50,594 nucleotides of DNA, from NCBI GenBank assembly GCA_944372325.1, contig CALVYR010000004.1, positions 1 through 50,594 on the forward strand. Direction: 5' to 3'. Position 1 is the first letter of the stretch. Each line of letters starts with the position of its first letter. Under the pieces are notes generated by a model, which was not told the origin of the DNA, did no database searches, and saw only the letters and a program-made list of their open reading frames with translations. Origin of the DNA: an uncultured Clostridia bacterium. Its GTDB lineage: Bacteria; Bacillota; Clostridia; Christensenellales; UBA1242. Both the position numbers and the translations under genes were made by a program. Shown piece by piece: positions 1-7,259 of this stretch.

Positions 1-5
1 AAAGC

Positions 6-80
6 TGGCTGGGGTGGCAGGATTTGAACCTACGCATGCGAGAGTCAAAGTCTCGTGCCTTACCACTTGGCGACACCCCA
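6..80 (-). tRNA. tRNA-Gln (UUG)
   Basis: Reverse complement TGGGGTGTCGCCAAGTGGTAAGGC...CTTTGAC...GTTCAAATCC...CCA; cloverleaf, anticodon TTG, encoded CCA. Confidence 0.95.
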
Positions 81-136
81 CTATGTTAGAGGAGGGTGAT
101 TTTTAGCATTTGTAAACTTAAAGTTTACAAATGCAA

Positions 137-213
137 TGGTGGACCTTCTAGGACTCGAACCTAGGACCGACCGGTTATGAGCCGGTTGCTCTAACCAACT
201 GAGCTAAAGGTCC
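137..213 (-). tRNA. tRNA with CAU anticodon, probably Ile2 (lysidine-modified)
   Basis: Reverse complement GGACCTTTAGCTCAGTTGGTTAGAGC...CTCATAA...GGTCCACCA; acceptor stem resembles Firmicute tRNA-Ile2 rather than fMet. Confidence 0.85.
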
Positions 214-218
214 ACATT

Positions 219-294
219 TGGTCGGGGTGAAGAGACTCGAACTCCCGGCCCCATGGTCCCAAACCACGTGCGCTACCAACTGCGCTACACCCCG
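219..294 (-). tRNA. tRNA-Pro (UGG)
   Basis: Reverse complement CGGGGTGTAGCGCAG...TTTGGGA...CCCCGACCA. Confidence 0.95.
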
Positions 295-306
295 CCAGAC
301 TTTGCT

Positions 307-335
307 AGTTTATAACATTATACATTTTGTGTCAA
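307..335 (-). promoter_or_regulatory. sigma-A promoter of the tRNA operon
   Basis: TTGACA-N17-TAAACT on the minus strand just upstream of tRNA-Pro. Confidence 0.7.
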
Positions 336-488
336 GTGTTTGTTAAAAATTTTTTAATTTTTTGACAAAAAAATATAAGTGTCATTTCAAATTGAGCAGA
401 GTTAGTATAATATTTTTTTTAAATAAAGTCAATATTTTTTCACATTTAAAGAAATTTTAATTAAAATATAAATTTTTATAGAATTTAG

Positions 489-516
489 TTGACAAAAATG
501 CGGGGGGGGGTAGAAT
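489..516 (+). promoter_or_regulatory. sigma-A promoter with a G9 tract in the spacer (putatively phase-variable), copy 1
   Basis: TTGACA (489-494), 16-nt spacer AAAATGC+G9, TAGAAT (511-516); homologous copy at 50346-50371. Confidence 0.8.
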
Positions 517-578
517 TGGGTATCAAAAAAATTTAATAAGGTAATACCTTTTAAAATTGGCTTTCAGCGCTCGTTTCG
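489..578 (+). repeat. repeated promoter/leader cassette, copy 1
   Basis: Shares TTGACAAAAATGC(G)nTAGAAT, GGGTATCAAAAAAATTT, AAGGTAA and GCTCGTTTCG, in the same order, with 50346-50576. Confidence 0.85.
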
Positions 579-651
579 TCGTGTATAGCTAAACAAACAA
601 CAATTTCTTGCGGTCGAAATGACATTTAAAAAAACAAAAGGAGAATAAACA

Positions 652-2034
652 ATGAAAAGAACAAAATTAATTGCAAGTTTAATGATGTGTGTGTTTTGCC
701 TAAGCTTTTTAGTAGTAGGCGTATGGGCAACAGTGACTAGTGTAAACTTTAATTTAAACGGAAATTTACAATACTATCCAGAGGGTGTGTATGTAGAACT
801 CAGCGGTCAAGTGTATAGAGGAAGTAGTTCAGATAGCCTCACAGCCTTAACTTATGACCCAAGATTTACATTAGAACCAACAACAAACTATGATAATTCC
901 ACAGGTGAACCTAGTGGCAACTTTCCAATGGAAAGCTGGAATATACAAAATTTAACTTTTACCCCAGTGGATAGGTTTATTCAGGTGGAAGTAAATATTA
1001 AAAACCACTCTGAGTTTACAATAATGGCAACACCAAATGTGCTTTTAAATAGCCTAGATATAACCTCAAATACTTTTACTAATTTTACTTTATCTGACAA
1101 TAGAGAAGATATAGCATTTATATCTTCAGGAGCAACTAAAACATATAAATTATTAATTCAACTAAACGATAATGCTACTGAAACCACAAATAATAACCTT
1201 TCTGTAAGTTTTGAAATATATAGTTCAACAGATTATTTAACATGGGTAGAAGATGACCCAGATACAACAGATGTAGTAGATGGCTACTGGACACTAATAA
1301 TGGGTGAATATGAGGGAACTCCACTTGTTTGGCGTATGGTACTTAAAGAAGAAAATAACGATGTAAGAAGTGTAGTAGGCTACACTCAGGATACACCTTT
1401 AAGCGGAAGTTACTACTTTTTATTAGATACTTATATTGAAGATGTGTTTGAGTGTTCATATGAGAATAATTATATCAATTCTTCTACTAATACTACTACC
1501 AGAACAGATTTATATGCTAATATAGTAAGTGTTGCTGATTATTCTATAAGTAATATTAGAGGATATTTGACAGGTGTTGATGTTTATAGAGGATATACTT
1601 CTTTATCTTCAGAATATTCTGAAAGTTTACATTCAAGCCAAACAGAACCAGAAAATTTTGTAGAAAAATTTGGCTTAGAGAGTTCTATTGTTTATAAATT
1701 GATACAAGCAAGAACTCTTACGGATTTATATTCAAATATTGTCAATAGTACAACAAAAACATCTCTTGAATTTGATACTGATACAGGTATTGATCCAGAT
1801 ACAACTGCGGACAAACTTTGGCTTATTAGTTATTATGAAGCCTCAAAAATTACTACTACACAAAGCACAGGATCGGATAATGGGGCAAGAAGTTGGAGTT
1901 CAATATATTGGACAAGAACAGCAAACTCAACACCACATCCTTATTATATTATGACAAATGGATATATAGGACTTGGAAGTATTTATTTTAATTGGACCAA
2001 CTGCGCGCGCCCAGCTTTCAAAATTTCATTTTAA
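652..2034 (+). CDS. secreted/surface protein with a C-terminal DUF6273-like (C-type-lectin fold) domain
   Basis: AAGGAG RBS; N-terminal signal/TM; beta-rich N domain; motifs MGEY..PLVWRMV, YSISNIRGYL, DKLWLISYYE, YWTRT, CARPAF. Confidence 0.7.
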   Translation: MKRTKLIASLMMCVFCLSFLVVGVWATVTSVNFNLNGNLQYYPEGVYVELSGQVYRGSSSDSLTALTYDPRFTLEPTTNYDNSTGEPSGNFPMESWNIQNLTFTPVDRFIQVEVNIKNHSEFTIMATPNVLLNSLDITSNTFTNFTLSDNREDIAFISSGATKTYKLLIQLNDNATETTNNNLSVSFEIYSSTDYLTWVEDDPDTTDVVDGYWTLIMGEYEGTPLVWRMVLKEENNDVRSVVGYTQDTPLSGSYYFLLDTYIEDVFECSYENNYINSSTNTTTRTDLYANIVSVADYSISNIRGYLTGVDVYRGYTSLSSEYSESLHSSQTEPENFVEKFGLESSIVYKLIQARTLTDLYSNIVNSTTKTSLEFDTDTGIDPDTTADKLWLISYYEASKITTTQSTGSDNGARSWSSIYWTRTANSTPHPYYIMTNGYIGLGSIYFNWTNCARPAFKISF

Positions 2035-2046
2035 GCAATACTTTTT

Positions 2047-2078
2047 AAAATGCTAAGTAGAAATGCTTAGCATTTTTT
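2047..2078 (+). terminator. rho-independent terminator
   Basis: AAAATGCTAAG-loop-CTTAGCATTTT followed by T tract. Confidence 0.75.
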
Positions 2079-2172
2079 ATTTACTTATTCTAAATTAAGT
2101 CCTTTTTCGCCATTTTCTCCAATTTTTCTTAAGGCTCTTTATGCTATCATTTTTTCATCAAAGGAGGAAATT

Positions 2173-2481
2173 ATGTTGGTTAAAAATAGAGTCTACAACA
2201 ATACGCTATATGTGCTTTTAAGTGGAGAATTAGATGAACACTCTGCCTATAACACCAGAATCACTTTAGATGAGCTTTTTGAACATGACAATTTTAAACA
2301 GATTATCATAGATCTTTCTGAGCTAGATTTTATGGATAGCACAGGCATTGGTGTTTTAATAGGAAGATACAAAAAGATGAAAGATAGAAAGATACCTATT
2401 TTTATTTGTAACCCTTCCGCTCATGCAGAAAAGATTTTTAAAATGACAGGGCTATATGAAATTATGCCTAAAATAGTTTAA
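2173..2481 (+). CDS. spoIIAA: anti-sigma F factor antagonist
   Basis: STAS domain, GELDEH and FMDSTGIG; first gene of the spoIIA operon. Confidence 0.93.
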   Translation: MLVKNRVYNNTLYVLLSGELDEHSAYNTRITLDELFEHDNFKQIIIDLSELDFMDSTGIGVLIGRYKKMKDRKIPIFICNPSAHAEKIFKMTGLYEIMPKIV

Positions 2482-2491
2482 GGAGAAAATT

Positions 2492-2944
2492 ATGATAAAA
2501 CCAATAAATGAAATGAATATTTCTTTTAAAGCTCTTTCAGTAAACGAGGGTTTTGCAAGAGCTTGCGTGGCTGCCTTTTGCGCCCAAGTAAACCCTAGTT
2601 TAGATGAAATTACAGACATAAAAACAGCAGTAAGCGAGGCTGTTACAAACTGCGTTGTTCATGCTTATCCTAAAAAGGTTGGCGATGTAAACATAAAGGT
2701 AGAACTATACGAAAATTCTGTTATCATTTTTGTTTCTGATAACGGCATTGGAATAGAGGACTTTGAAAGAGCGCGTGAACCATTTTTTACCACCAAGCCA
2801 AATGAAGAGCGTAGCGGAATGGGCTTTACCGTTATGGAAAGCTTTATGGATAAACTAGAACTATTAAAAAACGAAGGAAGAGGGGTTACAGTAAAAATGG
2901 AAAAGTTTTTTTCCATAAAGAAGAATATTGCAGTGGGGGAATAG
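2492..2944 (+). CDS. spoIIAB: anti-sigma F factor
   Basis: NEGFAR, AVSEAVTN..HAY, ERSGMGFTVMESFMD. Confidence 0.96.
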   Translation: MIKPINEMNISFKALSVNEGFARACVAAFCAQVNPSLDEITDIKTAVSEAVTNCVVHAYPKKVGDVNIKVELYENSVIIFVSDNGIGIEDFERAREPFFTTKPNEERSGMGFTVMESFMDKLELLKNEGRGVTVKMEKFFSIKKNIAVGE

Positions 2945-3670
2945 ATGCTCTCTTCAACAGATACCTTGGCGCTCATAAAGCGCGCTCAGCAGGGAGATGA
3001 AGAGGCAAAGCAGATTTTAATAGAAGAAAATTCACCCCTTGTTAAAAGTGTAATTAAAAGATTTAAAGGGAAAGGAATTGAATATGACGACCTCTATCAA
3101 CTTGGCTGTGTGGGTTTTTTAAAAGCCATAAAAAATTTTAATACAGATTTTAATGTAAAGTTTTCCACCTATGTAGTTCCCATGGTGATAGGTGAGATAA
3201 AGCGCTTCATGCGTGACGACGGAGAAATAAAAGTATCTAGGGCTATAAAGTCCTTAAATTTAAAAATTTCTAAATTTATAGAAAATTTTTTAAAAGAACA
3301 TATGCGAAAGCCTACAACTAAGGAAATTGCAAAGGAATTTAACATAGATGAAAGCGAAGTTATCTTTACAATGGATTCAGCAAAAATGCCGATATCTATG
3401 TTCGCCACCTATGATGACGATTCAAATAAAGGACAATATTTAATCGACCGATTTATGCAGACAGGTGATAACGAAGAGGTTCTAGATAGCATTTCCTTAA
3501 AAGAGGCGCTCTCTAGCCTAGATGAAAGAGATAAAAAGATAGTTTTACTGCGTTTTTTTAGAGATAAAACACAGAGTGAAATTGCAAATGTGTTAAATAT
3601 ATCACAAGTGCAAGTATCCAGACTTGAATGTAAAATAATAGAGAAGATGAGAGAAAAATTAAAGGTTTAA
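2945..3670 (+). CDS. sigF: sporulation sigma factor F
   Basis: DDLYQLG, FSTYVVPMVIGEIKRF, SQVQVSRLE; follows spoIIAB. Confidence 0.92.
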   Translation: MLSSTDTLALIKRAQQGDEEAKQILIEENSPLVKSVIKRFKGKGIEYDDLYQLGCVGFLKAIKNFNTDFNVKFSTYVVPMVIGEIKRFMRDDGEIKVSRAIKSLNLKISKFIENFLKEHMRKPTTKEIAKEFNIDESEVIFTMDSAKMPISMFATYDDDSNKGQYLIDRFMQTGDNEEVLDSISLKEALSSLDERDKKIVLLRFFRDKTQSEIANVLNISQVQVSRLECKIIEKMREKLKV

Positions 3671-3697
3671 AAAAGTCAAGAGAAAATCTTGACTTTT
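3671..3697. terminator. bidirectional terminator
   Basis: AAAAGTCAAGA-GAAAA-TCTTGACTTTT between convergent sigF and the XRE frame. Confidence 0.75.
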
Positions 3698-3902
3698 ATT
3701 CTTCTATACCCAAAATATAGTCGGCTGTAACATTAAAAAAATATGCAAGTTTTACAATATAGCTAGCCTTAGGCTCGTTTATTCCTTTTTCCCAAAAGTC
3801 TATTGCTTTTTGAGTAACTCCTATTTCCTTTGCGAGCTTTGCCTGTGATAATGCTCTTTCTTTTCTAAGTTCTAAAAGCCTTGTTGAAATGTTTTCTTTG
3901 TA
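3696..3902 (-). pseudogene. XRE/Cro-CI helix-turn-helix regulator lacking a standard start codon
   Basis: Manual translation YKENISTRLLELRKERALSQAKLAKEIGVTQKAIDFWEKGINEPKASYIVKLAYFFNVTADYILGIEE*; no in-frame ATG/GTG/TTG between the upstream TAA (3930-3932) and the HTH. Confidence 0.75.
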
Positions 3903-4053
3903 TGGAACATATTTTTTATCAACATCACATTATAAAACTTATGATGGAAATTCTTCAACCGTTTTGATGGTTGCAAATGGTAATGGTTTAATTTATAATG
4001 GCGTTCAGAACACAACTTATGGGTCCCGTCCAGCTATTTTATATAGCATTTAA
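3901..4053 (+). pseudogene. C-terminal fragment of a DUF6273-like lectin-fold gene
   Basis: Manual translation YGTYFLSTSHYKTYDGNSSTVLMVANGNGLIYNGVQNTTYGSRPAILYSI*; parallels the YWTRT...CARPAFKISF* end of 652..2034; terminator follows the stop. Confidence 0.55.
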
Positions 4054-4079
4054 AAAATAGCCTTAAAAGGCTATTTTTT
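4053..4079. terminator. bidirectional terminator
   Basis: AAAAATAGCCTT-AA-AAGGCTATTTTT. Confidence 0.75.
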
Positions 4080-5604
4080 AATTAAAATTTTTTATAAAGC
4101 TAGCAATTTTTTCTCCTGCTATTCTTAACTTGTTTACATCTTTATCTTCAAGCTTGTCTGGCTTTTCTTTGACAATGTGATTATTTACATCTTCAATTGT
4201 TTCGTCATCACTTGTTTTAATTTTAGGATACTTAGATATCTTTCCATTTTCTATTAAGTATCTATCTTGAAATTCGTCAGAACTTTCTATTTGCTTTCCA
4301 TTTTCATCTGTAGTGATTTTAGTTCTAGAGCCAGATATATCTATTATCCCTTCAACCTCAGCTTCTTTGATATCTCTTTTAGGTGGGGGCATTGTAACTT
4401 GGGTATTTTCACAGTTTGGACAGGTAGATAAACTTTCTTCATCTAAAATAGAAGTATCATAATAACTATTTGAAAGTATCGTATTTTCTACTTGCAAAAG
4501 AGAGCTTAAAATATTTTGTAAATAGGAGTTTCTAGTATCTAAACTATTTAAAAGTCTAATATATTTTGATGAAAGTTCATCTACATTTGCTGAATAGTTT
4601 ACCTTCATATTATTTACACTTTTTAGTTCGGTGCTCAATTCATTTTTAGAGGTGTTAATTTTATTTGCAAAATTATTTGCATTATTTAAAAGGTCTTTTA
4701 CGGCTTTTGCTTGAGTGTCAGATACATTTATATTTCCAGATTTAATTTGCTCTGCTAGTGAGTTTAAATAGCTGATATTTGCAAGTATTCTTGTTTTTAA
4801 GCTATTTGTTTTATCATTGCAATTTAATGTATCTATCTGAATAGCGCAAAGGTTGTTTAATTTTTGATAATGATTGTTTAAATCTGTTTCATAACCAATA
4901 TTTGCGTTATATCGGCTTTCATAGTTTGCTTTTTTATAGGTATTAATGTTAGTAGCAATATTTCTGTAGGTATTTATATTTTTATTAAATCTTTTATTAG
5001 TTGTTTCGTTAACAATCGGGTTATTTACAAGGTTATTATTTCTATAAACTCTATTATATAGGTTATTATAGTTTACATTATCTCTGTAGGTATCTATATT
5101 TGTTCCCACAATGCCATTTCCATTAAAGCCATTGTAGCCTGCACTATTATATAGGTTATAGTTGTATCCATAAGGGTAGACTCCAAAGCCGTAAGGATAT
5201 CCATAACCCATTCCGTAACCAAAGCCATAGCCGTTGTTACCAAAACCGTTATAGCCATAGCCGAATCTATTATTTATGTTATAGTAATTTCCGTAGGTGT
5301 CAGTGTTTCTATTGTAGTTTGGAACTACAAAAGCATTTCCGCCTACATTTTTTATATCAAGTTCTTCGGCATTTGATATTCTATCATTTGGCTTAGTGTT
5401 GCGCATTGTGGTAATTGCGTTATCAGAAATTAAGTCTGAGACCACAATTTCACTGTCAGAAATTGTATCAATGTTTTTGATGTAGTTATTAAGTTTGTTT
5501 AAGCTGTTGTTCATGTTGGATGCAAGGTTTGCATTTGTATTTCCGCAACCAACAAGGGTTAGCATTAGCATAAAGGCTAGTGCTAAAATTAAAAATTTTT
5601 TCAT
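4078..5604 (-). CDS. Asn-rich lipoprotein with a Gly/Tyr low-complexity block and helical C-terminal region, probably sporulation-related
   Basis: GGAGG RBS before ATG at 5604; lipobox MKKFLILALAFMLMLTLVG-C; divergent from spoVAC. Confidence 0.65.
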   Translation of the reverse strand: MKKFLILALAFMLMLTLVGCGNTNANLASNMNNSLNKLNNYIKNIDTISDSEIVVSDLISDNAITTMRNTKPNDRISNAEELDIKNVGGNAFVVPNYNRNTDTYGNYYNINNRFGYGYNGFGNNGYGFGYGMGYGYPYGFGVYPYGYNYNLYNSAGYNGFNGNGIVGTNIDTYRDNVNYNNLYNRVYRNNNLVNNPIVNETTNKRFNKNINTYRNIATNINTYKKANYESRYNANIGYETDLNNHYQKLNNLCAIQIDTLNCNDKTNSLKTRILANISYLNSLAEQIKSGNINVSDTQAKAVKDLLNNANNFANKINTSKNELSTELKSVNNMKVNYSANVDELSSKYIRLLNSLDTRNSYLQNILSSLLQVENTILSNSYYDTSILDEESLSTCPNCENTQVTMPPPKRDIKEAEVEGIIDISGSRTKITTDENGKQIESSDEFQDRYLIENGKISKYPKIKTSDDETIEDVNNHIVKEKPDKLEDKDVNKLRIAGEKIASFIKNFN

Positions 5605-5700
5605 AATAACCCTCCTATTTTTTATTAGTTTGCGCAAAAAATTTTTTATTATGTATAGTTTAACTAATATTTTTCTTGCAATAATTAATTAGAGGTCTTT

Positions 5701-6147
5701 ATGAACGATATAGAAAAAAATAAAAAGTATAACGCCTATGTTGAGGCGAAAATTCCTAAAACAAGGGCGTTTCCGTCATTATTTAACTCGTTTTGGGTTG
5801 GTGGATTAATTTGCGTTTTAGGACAGGGCATAAATGATAGTTTACTTGCAATTTTTCCTAATATGGCAGAGCAAACAGCTTGGGGATATACTTTAATTGT
5901 ACTTATCTTTTTGGCATCATTTTTAACTGGCATTGGTGTTTATGATAGAATTGGTAGGTTTGCAGGTGGTGGAAGTATTGTTCCAATTACTGGCTTTTCC
6001 AATTCCATAACAAGCCCAGCAGTAGATTTTAAAAGTGAAGGCATTATCTACGGCATTTGTGTAAAGATGTTTTCTATTGCAGGACCGGTTATTGTTATAG
6101 GTGTTTTGTCTAGCATTATAGTTGGACTTATATATTTAATTTTCTAG
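5701..6147 (+). CDS. spoVAC: stage V sporulation protein AC
   Basis: GGLICVLGQ, GVYD.IG.FAGGGSIVPITGF.N, MFSIAGPVI. Confidence 0.93.
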   Translation: MNDIEKNKKYNAYVEAKIPKTRAFPSLFNSFWVGGLICVLGQGINDSLLAIFPNMAEQTAWGYTLIVLIFLASFLTGIGVYDRIGRFAGGGSIVPITGFSNSITSPAVDFKSEGIIYGICVKMFSIAGPVIVIGVLSSIIVGLIYLIF

Positions 6148-6155
6148 GAGATTTT

Positions 6156-7166
6156 ATGACTAAAAATTTAAAGAGTCCACAGACCGTGGAGTTCAAAAAT
6201 AGACCAAAGATTATTGGAAACTATTCCATAGTTGGGCCTAAAGAAGGCGCTGGAAATTTTGGTGACTATTTCGACTATGTAATGAAAAGCGATTTATTTG
6301 GAGAAAAGACCTATGAAAAAGCTGAAAGAAAAATGGTAGAGCACGCCTTAGTTGGAGCTATAGATAGTGCAATGCTTACGCCAAGAGATATTTCCTTACT
6401 TTTAGCTGGTGACCTTTTAAACCAAATAATAAGTTCTAGCTATGCCGCTCGCGCCTTTGATATGCCTTATCTTGGCTTGTTTGGAGCTTGTTCCACAATG
6501 GCAGAAAGTTTAGCAATAGGGGCTAGCCTTGTAGACGGCGGATATTTTAAAAATGTGGCTTGTTCAACTGTAAGCCATTTCTCTACAGCGGAAAGGCAGT
6601 TTAGATTTCCTCTAGAGCTTGGAAACCAGCGCCCGCCAACTTCTCAGTGGACTGCTACGGCGGCGGGGTGTAGCATAGTATCATTAGATGGGCACGGACC
6701 TTGTATTACAAAAGCAACTTTTGGTAAAGTTACAGATTTTGGTATTAAAGATGTTAACAATATGGGCGCGGCTATGGCTCCTGCAGCTATGGGAACGCTT
6801 GTTAGACATTTTGAGGATACAGACACAAAGCCTGATGACTACGATTTAATTGTGTCTGGCGACCTTGGAAAACTAGGAAGTGAAATTTTAATGGATCTTA
6901 TGGAAGATAAGGGTTATAAACTTGGAGTAAACTACTGCGACTGTGGTCAAATGATGTATAGAAGAAAGCAAGAAACCCTTATGGGTGGAAGTGGATGTGG
7001 GTGTTCGGCTTCAATTTTAAATTCCTATTTAATTAAAAAATTAAAGGACGGCACTTACAAAAAGATTTTATTTATGGCAACAGGTGCATTATTGAGTACA
7101 ACTTCTACTCAGCAGGGTGATAGCGTTCCTGGCATAGCCCATGCAATTGTAATTGAAGCAGAGTAG
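6156..7166 (+). CDS. spoVAD: stage V sporulation protein AD
   Basis: AGDLLNQ, GACSTMAE, ERQFRFPLELG, GGSGCGCS, PGIAHA. Confidence 0.96.
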   Translation: MTKNLKSPQTVEFKNRPKIIGNYSIVGPKEGAGNFGDYFDYVMKSDLFGEKTYEKAERKMVEHALVGAIDSAMLTPRDISLLLAGDLLNQIISSSYAARAFDMPYLGLFGACSTMAESLAIGASLVDGGYFKNVACSTVSHFSTAERQFRFPLELGNQRPPTSQWTATAAGCSIVSLDGHGPCITKATFGKVTDFGIKDVNNMGAAMAPAAMGTLVRHFEDTDTKPDDYDLIVSGDLGKLGSEILMDLMEDKGYKLGVNYCDCGQMMYRRKQETLMGGSGCGCSASILNSYLIKKLKDGTYKKILFMATGALLSTTSTQQGDSVPGIAHAIVIEAE

Positions 7167-7259
7167 CGCATTTTTTGACAACATTTTCTTAATAAAAAAG
7201 TTGTATTTTTTTGCTCCTTATGCTAATATATTAAGTATGAAATTTTTTAAGGAGTTATA

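Noticed and set aside
3901-4053. Lectin-tail fragment as the template repeat for gene 652..2034
   Set aside because: Similarity is only at the protein-motif level; a TR would be nearly identical except at adenines
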